A stretch of 64,000 nucleotides of DNA from a virus (taxonomy: Duplodnaviria; Caudoviricetes), in the IMG/VR virus record IMGVR_UViG_3300000203_000003, positions 64,001 through 128,000 of that record, one strand, 5' to 3'. Of the stretch, positions 31,001-40,731 are shown one piece after another. The notes beneath the pieces are model-generated. The model saw only the letters and a program-made list of their open reading frames with translations. It was not told where the DNA came from and did not search any database. Made by a program: the position numbers and the translations under genes. Position 1 is the first letter of the stretch. Every line of letters starts with the position of its first letter.

Positions 31001-34000
31001 AGATTAATTGCTAACAACACACTGAACGTAACTGGTAATGCTAATGTCGGTAATCTGGGAACTGCCGGACTACTTGTAGCAACAGGCAACGTCTCCGGTG
31101 GAAATCTTACAACTGCTGGAATGTTAACAGTTACTGGTAACGCAAACGTAGGCAACATAGGTTCTAATATATTTACCGGTAACTCATTGACTATATCAGG
31201 TAACGCAAACGTTGCTAACCTAGGAGCATCGGGTCTTATCATATCCACAGGCAATGTGTCCGGTGGCAACATAACGACAGCCGGCAATGTAGTAGCCACT
31301 GCGAACATAACAGGTGGCAATCTAATAACAGGCGGAGTTCTATCGGTCACCGGCAACGCAAATGTTGGAAACATAGGCACCCTAGGGTTGATCGTGGCCA
31401 CAGGCAATATCAGCGCCGGCAACTTTATAACATCCGGCTCTATGTCAGTCACCGGAAATGCCAACGTTGGTAATCTAGGAACAGTTGGATTGGTAGTCGG
31501 CACCGGCAACATTACATCGAACGCAAACGTCATAACAAATAGTATTCTTGGCAGAACATCAGGTGTTACTATCACCGCAGTTGGTTCAGATCAAAATATA
31601 TCTCTGGTGCCAACTGGCAACGGCACAGTTGATGTGGGTGGAAAACGCATATCATCATTGAATGACCCGTTTAATGCGACTGACGCGGCGACCAAAGCAT
31701 ATGTTGATGCAACTACTTCATCATTGAAGGTTCTGGCGTCTGTTGTTGCTGCAACCACTGTAACTCTTACTGCGACCTATAACAACGGTGCCAGTGGATT
31801 TGGTGCTACTCTTACTGCAACAACAAACGTAGTTCTGCCGACAATAGACGGATACACTGGGTTAGTTGTTACTAATCGTGTACTTGTTAAAAATCAAGCG
31901 GATCCTATTCAAAACGGTATATATGTTGTCTCAAGTCTCGGTGTAGTAGGAGTTTCTCCTTGGATACTAACCAGAGCGACAGACTTTGATGGTGTGCCAC
32001 CCAGCGAAATAACTTCAGGTGCATTCACGTTCATTACATACGGGGTACAAGGGTCAACTGGTTGGGTAGAATCTGCTACTGGCGGTGGTCCTGGTGGCGC
32101 GATCAGACCGGGTATAGATGCTATTTCATTCACACAGTTCTCTGGTGCAGGTACATATGCAGCAGGTACTGGATTACAACTTGACGGAACGATATTCAGC
32201 ATCAGCAGCACAACAGTAACGGCAGCTTCATACGGAGGTTCTACCGCAATACCATCATTCACTGTTAATCAGCAAGGTCAACTCACTGCTGCATCAACTT
32301 CTGCGGTGATAGCTCCGGCAGGAACGTTATCCGGTGCCACACTGAACGCAACGGTAGTAACATCAAGTCTGACAAGCGTAGGAACACTCGGTAATCTAAC
32401 TGTATCCGGTAATATAGGTGCAGGCAACGTAAATGCTCCGACATTCGGTCCGCATAATGGTGCAGTAGGAACGCTTACTGCTAATACAGGTAACTTCACA
32501 TCTGTTACTGCATCGCTGACAGTTGCCGCAACCGGTAATGTATCGGGCGCAAATCTTACAACTACTGGTGTATTGTCAGTAACAGGCAATGCGAACGTTG
32601 GTAACATCGGCGCACTGAATGTAATCGGCACTACAGGTAACTTCACAACAGTTAATACTGGAACGCTGAACGCCAGCACAGTAGTAAATGTCACAGCGAC
32701 TACGGAATCTACCAGCTTAATAACAGGTTCTATTAAGACAGCAGGTGGTATGGCAATTGCCGGTAACGTAGTCATCGGAAACGAATTATATGTCGGCACC
32801 GGCGCAGCAGCAACAACATTCACTAATCCTGTTATAATCGCCAGCGATACTGGTTCAGATTTTATTCAGTTAGCATTGGTAAACACAGCCGATACTGGAT
32901 CAGCAGACGTATTAGTATACGGTGATAATGGTACAAACGATCAGGGTTGGAGCGATCTGGGCTTCACTGGTAGCAACTTCACTGACCCTTTATACACGAT
33001 AACAGGAACAAACGACGGATATGTATTTGCTCAAGGCGATACAGCGAATGTAAAGGGCGGCAATTTAGTCTTTGCAACAGGACAGTTCGGCTCTACGAAA
33101 GACTTGATCTGGGCAACAGGTGGATTCTTGGTTGCTAACGAGAAGATGCGCTTCATTCATGCAACCGGTCAGTTCTATGTTAAAACATCAACCGTGTCAA
33201 CAAGCACTTCGACCGGTGCATTGCGTGTTGCAGGCGGCGTTGGTATCGGTGGAAATGCTTATATAGGTGGAAATGCAAATGTCACAGGAAACATAAGTGC
33301 AGGTAACGTAAGTGCAACTACATTCACTGGCGCATTATCCGGCGCAGCAACCACAGCAGGTACTGTCACCACAGCAGCACAACCGAATATTACATCAGTT
33401 GGCACATTATCTTCTCTGTTGATAACCGGCAATGCTAATGCAGCAAACTTCAACGGAACGTTCTACGGAGCAGCAACTGGTCTGACCGCTATAGTGGGCG
33501 CGAATGTCACTGGTACTGTTGCTAATGCAACTTACGCGATTTCAGCAGGCAGTGCTACTACCGCAGGCACAGTAACAACAAATGCTCAACCTAACATTAC
33601 AAGCACAGGTACATTGACTACATTGACCGTTACGGGTAATATCGGTGCAGGTAACGTTAACTCTAACTTCTTTGGTTCAGGTACCGGTCTTACTTCAGTA
33701 GCCGGAGCGAATGTAACCGGTACAGTTGCCAATGCAACATACGCAGTCAGTGCAGGATCAGCTACTACAGCGGGTTCAGCTACTACAGCGGGTTCAGCTA
33801 CTACAGCGGGCTCAGCTACTACAGCGGGCACAGTCACAACTGCTGCTCAACCTAACATTACAAGCACCGGCACTCTTGCTGCGCTTATCGTAACAGGTAA
33901 TGTCACAGTTGGTAATCTTGTCACAGCGGGTTCTGGAGGCAACATAACCGGTGCTAATGTAATAACTTCGACAACAATGTCGGCAACGACAATATCTGCA

Positions 34001-35737
34001 ACAGGTAATCTATCAGGTGCTAACGTAACAGGAACGCATTATGGCGCGGCAACTGGTTTAACTTCTATTCCTGGTGGAAACGTAACCGGAGTAGTTGCAA
34101 ATGCAACCTATGCAGTAACAGCAGGAACTGCAAATGCAGTAGCAGGTGCTAATGTCAGCGGTGTAGTTGCAAATGCAACCTATGCAGTAACAGCAGGAAC
34201 TGCAAATGCAGTAGCAGGTGCTAATGTCTCGGGACAAGTAGCAAATGCTAACGTAACATTCTACACCAGTATATCTTCTGTTTCAGCAGGCACACTTTAC
34301 CCTCAGTTTGTAAATGCTACCTCAGGCAATCTTGCTACTCTTGCAAACTCTGTTTATGTTGCTAACGCTGCTAACGGATCTTTTGCTGCAACTACTTTCG
34401 TCGGTGCTTTAAGTGGACTTGCTTCAAGCGCAACAATAGCAGCAAGCGCGAACGCAGTGGCCGGAGCTAATGTATCCGGTGCGGTAGCATTTGCAACAAC
34501 AGCAAACGCAGTGGCCGGAGCTAATGTATCCGGTGCAGTAGCATTTGCAACAACAGCAAACGCAGTGGCCGGAGCTAATGTATCCGGTGCAGTAGGACTT
34601 GCAACATACGCAACTACAGCAAATGCAATAGCCGGGGCAAATGTCAGCGGTGCAGTAGGACTTGCAACATACGCAACTACAGCAAACGCAGTAGCAGGTG
34701 GCAACGTCAGTGGACAAGTCGCTAATGCTCTGGTAGCAGGAACTGTTTACACTGCCGCTCAACCAAACATCACATCAGTTGGTACATTGGCTTCATTGTT
34801 AATAACAGGCAACGCAAATGCTGCAAATTTCAACGGTACATACTATGGAGCGGCAACTGGATTGACAGCAATACCCGGTGCGAATGTCTCGGGTACTGTT
34901 GCAAATGCAACATACGCCGTAAGTGCAGGCAGTGCAGGAACAGCAACAACAGCAGGTACTGTAACTACAGCCGCGCAAGCCAATATCACCTCAGTGGGTA
35001 CTCTGACAACATTAGGAGTTAATGGTACGGTAACGGCAGTTGCGTTTACTGCTAACACCGGAGTATTTTCAGGTAATGGATCCAGTCTTACATCACTTAC
35101 GGGCGCTAATGTTACGGGTGCAGTCTCATTCGCAACTACGGCAAATGCTGTAGCAGGTGGAAATGTCAGCGGAACAGTTGCTAATGCAACATACGCAGTG
35201 TCGGCAGGTAGTGCAGGTAGTGCAACGACGGCAGGGTCAACAACTACAGTGACAACAGGCGGATCAGTAACTACAACAACGATTACAACTGGCGCAACAG
35301 CAACAGCAGGTACTATTATTGGTAACTGGTCATTGGGAGCAGGTTCTAAACTGAATGCAACTTATGCTGACTTGGCTGAATACTATGCAGCGTCACACCA
35401 GATTGAAGCTGGTACTGTTGTGGAATTAGGCGGTGATCACGAAGTTCAAGTATGTAATTCACTGATGAGTACATTGGTTGCAGGTATAGTTACAACCGAT
35501 CCAGCATATCTGATGAACGCCGGAATGGATTGTCTATTCCCTGTTGCGATAGCCTTGCAAGGACGCGTTCCGGCGAAGGTAATAGGCCCTGTCAAACGAG
35601 GTGACATGATGGTCAGCGCTGGTAACGGTCTCGCCATGGCATGTGCTTCACCTGCTATGGGAACAGTGTTGGGCAAAGCATTAACAGACTTCACTGGTGT
35701 TTCAGGCGTGATAGAAATCATGGTCGGAAGAACTTAA
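25040..35737 (+). CDS. Giant (3565 aa) repetitive tail fibre/adhesin-like virion protein
   Basis: gp9/gp10-like N-terminus (DAIRTAFQKVQTNFDEL); dozens of AQPNITSVGTL and GANVTGTVANATYA repeats; DAATKAYVD; C-terminal ADLAEYY chaperone/peptidase-like domain. Confidence 0.8.
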   Translation: MQQNIDFGTFPDDPDADAIRTAFQKVQTNFDELFDVTAGAAVNSVNRTPGIGIQVNSPTGNVVVSANIATIPMDTSTLRLRLENGLPGANGVIITGPGRTVFVDLPNSITTNNFTASGWANVTGNVIGGNINTIGQVVASGNVTGSNLNTTGIANVIGNVIGGNLTTSGKVAASGNIIGSNVTANLGLYGTTANVSGNANVGNIGSTNGVFTGNITAGNVGGANLITANYLQGTLTTAAQPNVTSVGALSALTVTGNIAGGNVNAGNLLTANYVQGTLTTAAQPNITSTGTLTGLGVNGTVTAVNITANTGVFTGNGSALNNLTGANVTGTVANATYAVSSGTAGSATTAGTVTTNAQPNITSVGTLSSLLITGNANAANFNGTFYGAGTGLTAIPGANVTGTVANATYAVSAGGSGTASTAGTVTTAAQPNITSTGTLTGLGVNGTVTAVNITANTGVFAGNGSSLTTLTGANVTGTVANATYAVSSGTAGTAGTVTTAAQPNITSTGTLSALTVTGNIGAGNINAGNMLTANYSTAVLTTAAQPNITSTGTLTGLGVNGTVTAVNITANTGVFSGNGSGLTQLAGANVTGYAPNATHANIADAANAVAGGNVSGAVGLATFATTANAVAGGNVSGQVNYAATANAVAGANVSDQVNYAATANAVAGGNVSGQVANALVAGTVYTAAQPNITSVGTLTAVTVSGNANVGNIGSTNGVFTGNISGANYVSANYFTGTLTTNDQPNITSTGTLTALTVNGNIGAGNVNAPTFGAHNGTVGATTANTGNFTTVTASLTVAATGNVSGGNLTTVGALSATGNANVGNLGTAGLVVATGNITGGNLVTGGALSVTGNANVGNIGATNYVGTAINITANANIGTTLNVTGNANVGNLGTAGLVVATGNITGGNLVTGGALSVTGNANVGNIGATSGVLTGTLSVTSNANVGNLGTAGLIIATGNISGANLTGTHYGAATGLTSIPGANVTGTVANATYAVSSGTAGTAGTVSTNAQPNITSVGTLSSLAVTGNVNAANFNGTFYGAGTGLTAIPGANVTGTVANATYAVSAGSAATAGSAGSATTAGSATTAGTVTTNAQPNITSVGTLSSLAVTATINTSNLLITGTGGAGFITIPGQSLNPPNPTAGNLLIHARTINGFTRIEQDNEAPTNLVYGRDTAIICRNDTGATINKGQAVYTSGTVSNSPQIAKALASGVATMPAIGVAMDDILTGNFGQVMVSGILVFDTSAYAPSAQVWVSPTTAGAFTATRPSGSNVVQRMGTIMVQGGPGVGQMLVLTAPALLNMETGTAAATWTANSAIANYFSGNGANLTALTGANVTGTVANATYALTSGTAGTVTTAAQPNVTSVGTLSVLAVTGNISGANLTGTHYGAATGLTAIPGANVTGTVANATYAISAGSSGTAGTVTTNAQPNITSLGSLTGLIVNGNINAGNTAAGNIVSANYVQGTLTTAAQPNITSVGLLTGLNVNDGITAANITANTGVFTGNGSSLTALTGANVTGTVANATYAVSAGSATTAGTVTTAAQPNITSVGSLGALTITGNLSSGNANLGNLAKANFFQGDGYLISNLTVSVGNVIVNGNSNVSIDLNGNVLISSGGNANIFVVTDTGANVNGYLKVSGNVAAARFTGLLAGALTIAAQPNVTTLGTMTALNVSGVSNLSVVSNVRIFGGSLNYYMTTDGNGNLSWTSGAFSPCGGTNTQVQFNDNGNFGGSANLTFNGNLLTIIGNVQSTNVLGGNVVSANFFTGTITTNAQPNITSVGTLTALIVNGNINAGNTAGGNLVSANYIQGTLITAAQPNITSVGSLSSLNVTGNANAANFNGAHYGAATGLTAIPGANVTGTVANATYAVSSGSATTAGTVTTAAQPNITSVGTLTSLIVTGNIQGSNVVAANYVGGTMTTAAQPNITSVGTLSALAVTGNISSGNANLGNLASANFITGTLTTPAQGNITSLGTLGLLFVTGNIQAERLIANNTLNVTGNANVGNLGTAGLLVATGNVSGGNLTTAGMLTVTGNANVGNIGSNIFTGNSLTISGNANVANLGASGLIISTGNVSGGNITTAGNVVATANITGGNLITGGVLSVTGNANVGNIGTLGLIVATGNISAGNFITSGSMSVTGNANVGNLGTVGLVVGTGNITSNANVITNSILGRTSGVTITAVGSDQNISLVPTGNGTVDVGGKRISSLNDPFNATDAATKAYVDATTSSLKVLASVVAATTVTLTATYNNGASGFGATLTATTNVVLPTIDGYTGLVVTNRVLVKNQADPIQNGIYVVSSLGVVGVSPWILTRATDFDGVPPSEITSGAFTFITYGVQGSTGWVESATGGGPGGAIRPGIDAISFTQFSGAGTYAAGTGLQLDGTIFSISSTTVTAASYGGSTAIPSFTVNQQGQLTAASTSAVIAPAGTLSGATLNATVVTSSLTSVGTLGNLTVSGNIGAGNVNAPTFGPHNGAVGTLTANTGNFTSVTASLTVAATGNVSGANLTTTGVLSVTGNANVGNIGALNVIGTTGNFTTVNTGTLNASTVVNVTATTESTSLITGSIKTAGGMAIAGNVVIGNELYVGTGAAATTFTNPVIIASDTGSDFIQLALVNTADTGSADVLVYGDNGTNDQGWSDLGFTGSNFTDPLYTITGTNDGYVFAQGDTANVKGGNLVFATGQFGSTKDLIWATGGFLVANEKMRFIHATGQFYVKTSTVSTSTSTGALRVAGGVGIGGNAYIGGNANVTGNISAGNVSATTFTGALSGAATTAGTVTTAAQPNITSVGTLSSLLITGNANAANFNGTFYGAATGLTAIVGANVTGTVANATYAISAGSATTAGTVTTNAQPNITSTGTLTTLTVTGNIGAGNVNSNFFGSGTGLTSVAGANVTGTVANATYAVSAGSATTAGSATTAGSATTAGSATTAGTVTTAAQPNITSTGTLAALIVTGNVTVGNLVTAGSGGNITGANVITSTTMSATTISATGNLSGANVTGTHYGAATGLTSIPGGNVTGVVANATYAVTAGTANAVAGANVSGVVANATYAVTAGTANAVAGANVSGQVANANVTFYTSISSVSAGTLYPQFVNATSGNLATLANSVYVANAANGSFAATTFVGALSGLASSATIAASANAVAGANVSGAVAFATTANAVAGANVSGAVAFATTANAVAGANVSGAVGLATYATTANAIAGANVSGAVGLATYATTANAVAGGNVSGQVANALVAGTVYTAAQPNITSVGTLASLLITGNANAANFNGTYYGAATGLTAIPGANVSGTVANATYAVSAGSAGTATTAGTVTTAAQANITSVGTLTTLGVNGTVTAVAFTANTGVFSGNGSSLTSLTGANVTGAVSFATTANAVAGGNVSGTVANATYAVSAGSAGSATTAGSTTTVTTGGSVTTTTITTGATATAGTIIGNWSLGAGSKLNATYADLAEYYAASHQIEAGTVVELGGDHEVQVCNSLMSTLVAGIVTTDPAYLMNAGMDCLFPVAIALQGRVPAKVIGPVKRGDMMVSAGNGLAMACASPAMGTVLGKALTDFTGVSGVIEIMVGRT
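33752..33830 (+). repeat. Tandem 18-nt repeat (AGSATT) x4
   Basis: TCAGCTACTACAGCGGGy units. Confidence 0.8.
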
Positions 35738-35738
35738 C

Positions 35739-36359
35739 ATGGTAAATCTACCAATGTTGCAATCGCTCTGCCCCGGTACTAAAATAACTGTTCTGGGCCA
35801 GTATGCTCCGGCACTCAATGAAGTAATGGACTACTATGAAATAGGTAGTCAGCATAGAATAGCAGGATTTCTTGCTCAGGTCATCCACGAAAGCGGTGGA
35901 TTTAACTTGGTGAAAGAAAATCTGAACTACAGCGCAGATGGTCTCCGAAAAACATTCGGTAAATACTTTCCAACAATAGAACTTGCTACCCAGTATGCCA
36001 GACAACCTGAGAAGATTGCTAGTCGCGTGTATGCTAACAGGATGCATAACGGAGATGAAGCATCAGGTGACGGGTATCGTTTCTGTGGCCGCGGCCTGAT
36101 TCAGATAACAGGCAGAGAGAACTACACTAAACTTGCCGAAGCACTTGATATGAGCCTGGAAAATTGTGTCAACTATATGGAGACACCAGAAGGAGCATGT
36201 TCATCAGCGGGATGGTTTTGGGACACTAATCAATTAAATGACTATTGTGATTCAGGTGACTTTATCACTCTTACTAAACGCATTAACGGTGGCACCAACG
36301 GGCTTGAAGACCGTCGGCACTATTATGACCTGGCTATCGCCCTGCTAAATACACTATGA
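35739..36359 (+). CDS. GH19 chitinase-like endolysin
   Basis: FLAQVIHESGG, ENLNYS, GRGLIQITGRENY, TKRINGG.NGL.DR. Confidence 0.92.
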   Translation: MVNLPMLQSLCPGTKITVLGQYAPALNEVMDYYEIGSQHRIAGFLAQVIHESGGFNLVKENLNYSADGLRKTFGKYFPTIELATQYARQPEKIASRVYANRMHNGDEASGDGYRFCGRGLIQITGRENYTKLAEALDMSLENCVNYMETPEGACSSAGWFWDTNQLNDYCDSGDFITLTKRINGGTNGLEDRRHYYDLAIALLNTL

Positions 36360-38827
36360 CACAACCTATTTGGAACACGACTGCAGGATCACTGGGATCC
36401 TTTCCGGCTCTGATATTACTTGATGTTCAATTATCAGCATCGGCACAGCTACCGGCTACTAGCATACAATACTCTTTGTTGAGTGGAACATTGCCGACAG
36501 GGTTATCACTGACTGTTGATGGATTGATTTATGGATTACCGGCACTAGTTATTACAGATACAACAAACACCTTTACTGTTCGTGTAACAGATAATCTAAA
36601 TAGTATCCGAGACAGAACATTCTCAATGAAAGTATCCGGTGCAGTTCTTCCGCAGTTTACAACTCCGGAAGGAAGTTTATTAAGCACTCAGGACAGTATC
36701 TGGACTGAACTTCCGTTAATGTATTCTAATCCATATACTGCTAATGAAGTGATCATAGAGTTGAAGGAAGGGGTTTTGCCACCGGGACTAGAAATTAATG
36801 CGGCAGGGGTTATTCGTGGTTATCCTAATCCGCCTATAGTTAATAATACATTGAATGCCACCGCGACCAATGCCACAATTACTACCTCAGGAACTAACTT
36901 GATTACATGTGCAACAACTACACATTTTAGCACAGGTCGACCAGTTGTATTTACGGGAACAATTGTGTTTGGTGGGATAACGGCCGGCAGAACATATTAT
37001 ATCAAAACAGTGAATAACACAACAACGTTTACTATATCCACCACTCCCGGCGGTGATGTATTCCCCCTGGGCAGTGATACTGGCTCAATGACAGTTACGT
37101 TACCAGCAACATCTGTGGGCGCTCCAGCAATACGAACGTATTCCTTTACGTTAAAGTTAATAAGTGGTCTAGGTGGTGATACTGCTGCATATTCTATTAC
37201 AGTAATTAATCAAAATACTCCTGTCAGCGAAGGTGGTCCGGGCAAGACAGCTAATACAAGAGTCCCCACTATTCTCAATACTCGGCCACTAACATTTAAC
37301 ATCACTGATGCTGATCCGTATTACGGGTATTATGTTTTACCGCCGATAGCGCCGTCCCAACCAGCGAATATAGGAACTATTCAAAGTGGTGATTATTTTG
37401 CCTTCAAGATACATGGTGATGACTTCGACAACAATGAACTTGTATATTCATACTCGGGGTTACCTCTTGGGCTAGTTGGTGATCCTGTAACAGGCTGGAT
37501 CACTGGAACACCGATTATATCGTCGGGCATAAGTAATTATAACTTTAGTGCAGCCGTCAGTAAAAAATTAAACCCAGGCATCAGCAGTGTATATTTTAAC
37601 TTCGGTCTGAAAGTGAGTAACGGTGTTAATGATACTATAACATGGACCACTCCTGCGGATCTAGGAACAATATTCAACGGTACTATTAGCACGTTGAGCG
37701 TAGAGGCAGCATCGGGTGTTTCTCTGATGTATCGCGTAGTAGGTGGTAGTCTACCACCGAATCTAACTTTATTGGAAAATGGTGAAATAACAGGTTATGT
37801 ATCCGATCAACCTACCGAAGATTTTCTCCTTAAAGGTAACAGCACTATATTTACCGTTACGGTACAGGCATACTCTCTGCAATATTCTATTATCCACTCT
37901 AGCAAAACATTCAGCATAAATGTTCTGCAGGAATATAGTCAACCTACAGATATTTTATATATCAAAGCTGCTCCGAGCGTAAATGATCGTCAAACCATCG
38001 ATTCATTATTGACAAACGAAACATTGATACCAACAACAGATTTGTACAGACCGGACGACGGCTATTTTGGTAAAGCAACAAGCGTGATTTATGCACATGC
38101 GTATGGGATATACGCAAGTGATATCAGCGAGTACATTGCTTCGGTCACTACTAATCATTACTGGAGAAGTATCACTCTCGGCGAATTAAAAACTGCCGAG
38201 GCAAAGAACGACGCCGGAGAGGTTGTGTATGAAGTAGTGTATAGTGAAGTCATTGACAATCTTGTTAATCCTTCTGGAACAAGTATAAGTAGTAGCATAT
38301 ATTGGCCTCGACCAATTGACTTGGGTTTGGGACCATGGTATACAAGTGTGACTGACATTTATACCAGTTATGATTTCTCCGGAACTTATTACACCAGTTT
38401 GACTTCAGGATTCGCCCGAATATTATATCCAAATAGTCTGATCAATATGCGTAACAAAGTAGCCGCATCATTGGGTCAAGAATTCGACAGCAGATTGCTT
38501 CCGCTCTGGATGACTAGTCAGCAAGCAAATGGCAGCACACTAGGATACACTCAAGCGTGGGTGATATGTTACACTCTGCCGGGTAAAGCCAACACAATAA
38601 AGAATAATATACAGTCATTATGGCCGCATACGCTGAACGAAATCAATTTCAGCCTTGATAGATTCACGGTTGATAAAAGTTCTACCTATAATTACAATAA
38701 GAACGTGAATCCGGCTGCGTGGACAGGATTGCCAAGCGCAACACCGGTGCCCGATCCACTGAACAGCAAGGACTTTACCATACTTTTCCCGCGTAAAACT
38801 ATTTTACCCGATCAAACTCAATACTAA
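36356..38827 (+). CDS. Baseplate/virion protein with Ig-like (He_PIG-type) repeats
   Basis: Repeated SG.LP.GL.L...G.I.G.P motifs. Confidence 0.65.
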   Translation: MTQPIWNTTAGSLGSFPALILLDVQLSASAQLPATSIQYSLLSGTLPTGLSLTVDGLIYGLPALVITDTTNTFTVRVTDNLNSIRDRTFSMKVSGAVLPQFTTPEGSLLSTQDSIWTELPLMYSNPYTANEVIIELKEGVLPPGLEINAAGVIRGYPNPPIVNNTLNATATNATITTSGTNLITCATTTHFSTGRPVVFTGTIVFGGITAGRTYYIKTVNNTTTFTISTTPGGDVFPLGSDTGSMTVTLPATSVGAPAIRTYSFTLKLISGLGGDTAAYSITVINQNTPVSEGGPGKTANTRVPTILNTRPLTFNITDADPYYGYYVLPPIAPSQPANIGTIQSGDYFAFKIHGDDFDNNELVYSYSGLPLGLVGDPVTGWITGTPIISSGISNYNFSAAVSKKLNPGISSVYFNFGLKVSNGVNDTITWTTPADLGTIFNGTISTLSVEAASGVSLMYRVVGGSLPPNLTLLENGEITGYVSDQPTEDFLLKGNSTIFTVTVQAYSLQYSIIHSSKTFSINVLQEYSQPTDILYIKAAPSVNDRQTIDSLLTNETLIPTTDLYRPDDGYFGKATSVIYAHAYGIYASDISEYIASVTTNHYWRSITLGELKTAEAKNDAGEVVYEVVYSEVIDNLVNPSGTSISSSIYWPRPIDLGLGPWYTSVTDIYTSYDFSGTYYTSLTSGFARILYPNSLINMRNKVAASLGQEFDSRLLPLWMTSQQANGSTLGYTQAWVICYTLPGKANTIKNNIQSLWPHTLNEINFSLDRFTVDKSSTYNYNKNVNPAAWTGLPSATPVPDPLNSKDFTILFPRKTILPDQTQY

Positions 38828-38835
38828 ATAGATAT

Positions 38836-39858
38836 ATGAGCAATATAAACACCAATGGAATCAACGTAAATTATCCTACCCCAGGCGTTAACAACAACAG
38901 TCAGGGGTTTCGTGACAACTTTGCCTCGATCAAAACAAACATTACCACAGCAGGTGTGGAGATAACCGATCTTCAGAATAAAGTAGTTGTTAAGTCTGCT
39001 TTGGCTAACACCGCAGTAAACAATGACATGGCCGGAACGATGATCAGCAACACGCTGACCAGAGGGTTCCGCGCTTCTACTTATAATTTGGGCAATGCTC
39101 TCTCCGGAACTGTTCTTGTTGATGTGTCTCTCGGTGATGTCCAGTACGGCACCATTGCAGGTAATACGTCATTGACATTCACTGGTTGGACTACGGACGG
39201 ACGAAATAGCGTAGACTTAGAACTTGCTGTATCAAACGCTTCAGCGTTTCTGTCGTTCCCGTCAGCTATCTCAAGTGATCAGTGTCTGGGTGTTACTACT
39301 CTGGAAAACTATGACAGCGCAAACAACGCAGTGAGCATCCCTTCTGGCGTATGCCAGCTAGATTATACATTGAGTTCAGTTGATTGCGGTGCTAACATTA
39401 CAATCGAACCATTCAATCGCCCGAGACGGTCCACACAGATTCGCAGGCGAGCGCCTGCTCCAACTGGATTACTAGGTGATATAGCAGGAACAGTGTCAGT
39501 TGATGCTAACTATGCGTATGTCTGCACCGGAACATTTGATTCGGGCGGCGCAAATACAGTGATTAAGTTAGGAGTAGCTGCCACTACAACAGGCACCAAT
39601 CTTGTCACTCTTCCCAACGTTACCAGTCTTGTTGTTAATGCTCCTATTATATTTTCGGGCACGACATTCGGAAATATAGTTGCTGACACTGTTTATTACA
39701 TTAAGTCGATTGCTACTCCCAATATTACGGTCAGTGATACTCGCACCGCAGGAACAGCAGGAACAGTATTTGCTCTGGACACCGCATCAGGCACAATGAC
39801 TGCTACAAGTTATAACGGTACGGACATCTGGAAAAGAATCGCACTCACTTCTTGGTGA
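38836..39858 (+). CDS. Virion structural (baseplate/fibre) protein
   Basis: NNSQGFRDNF N-terminus, IWKRIALTSW C-terminus. Confidence 0.6.
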   Translation: MSNINTNGINVNYPTPGVNNNSQGFRDNFASIKTNITTAGVEITDLQNKVVVKSALANTAVNNDMAGTMISNTLTRGFRASTYNLGNALSGTVLVDVSLGDVQYGTIAGNTSLTFTGWTTDGRNSVDLELAVSNASAFLSFPSAISSDQCLGVTTLENYDSANNAVSIPSGVCQLDYTLSSVDCGANITIEPFNRPRRSTQIRRRAPAPTGLLGDIAGTVSVDANYAYVCTGTFDSGGANTVIKLGVAATTTGTNLVTLPNVTSLVVNAPIIFSGTTFGNIVADTVYYIKSIATPNITVSDTRTAGTAGTVFALDTASGTMTATSYNGTDIWKRIALTSW

Positions 39859-39880
39859 TAAGTAATGATAGGAGACTATC

Positions 39881-40123
39881 ATCGAACATCCTTTCATTAA
39901 CCCAACTGAGTTGGCAGATAAGTCAATGGACGATCTGCAAACGACCATATCTGCGCTGACCAATAAGCTTAACTATGCGTATCGTCATGGGCACGGACCA
40001 TTGATTAATCAACTGAATATGGCTCTGGATAGCTATCGTCAGGCGTACAGTCGCAAAATGGACGACATATTTAAAAAGCAAAAGATTCATCCAAAAATCT
40101 CAATACAGAAAGACGGCGAATGA
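39881..40123 (+). CDS. Small hypothetical protein (start uncertain: ATC 39881 or TTG 39911)
   Basis: SD GGAG 6 nt before in-frame ATC. Confidence 0.55.
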   Translation: MEHPFINPTELADKSMDDLQTTISALTNKLNYAYRHGHGPLINQLNMALDSYRQAYSRKMDDIFKKQKIHPKISIQKDGE

Positions 40124-40731
40124 CCACCCGAATCCAACGCGACTTCTCTTTTCTCTCAGGAGTCTACTGTGACGAACTTTTCTCAATGTGTATGTATGAA
40201 ACCTGTCTATACATTGATGTTGAAACGGATTCGATCCGTGAGCAAAACATCGCTATGGAACGCCTCAGTTACTTCATGTCAGAATATCTGGAAGATGCGA
40301 TCTTCATCAAAGAAACTAACAAGAAGATGATTGATCTGTACACCGCTGCAGGCCTTAAAGTTTGTACGCTACCTGAAGAACCGCATGAGCAAATGATTGC
40401 TGTGATGTTGATGCTGAAACTGAACGCTATTGCCGAAGGGAGATTTGTGATCACTGATCTGTCAGTGACTTCAAGCATAAGTGCAGGTGTCAGTTATATG
40501 TGTGAAATCGACAGCCCAATTGGCCCGTTCGCCGAAACAGGCTGGTGGGACAAAAGCGATGCGTCAATGTCAGCACCCAATAAGCAAAACAAGAAAGACA
40601 AGATCGTCCAATTGTTCCGCACACATAACACAGACTGGACAGAGTTTGGTTTGGGCTGGAAAGAAAAAGAGATTACTCTCGTTGTGGAAAAGCCCGAAAT
40701 TTCCTTCGATAAATTACCAGAACAGTTGTAA
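40120..40731 (+). CDS. Hypothetical protein
   Basis: ATGA overlap with upstream gene. Confidence 0.7.
   Translation: MTTRIQRDFSFLSGVYCDELFSMCMYETCLYIDVETDSIREQNIAMERLSYFMSEYLEDAIFIKETNKKMIDLYTAAGLKVCTLPEEPHEQMIAVMLMLKLNAIAEGRFVITDLSVTSSISAGVSYMCEIDSPIGPFAETGWWDKSDASMSAPNKQNKKDKIVQLFRTHNTDWTEFGLGWKEKEITLVVEKPEISFDKLPEQL

Noticed and set aside
25108-35721. Many minus-strand ORFs within the fibre gene (also within the sheath and the 909-aa gene)
   Set aside because: Shadow ORFs from biased, repetitive codon usage; no SD or motifs.
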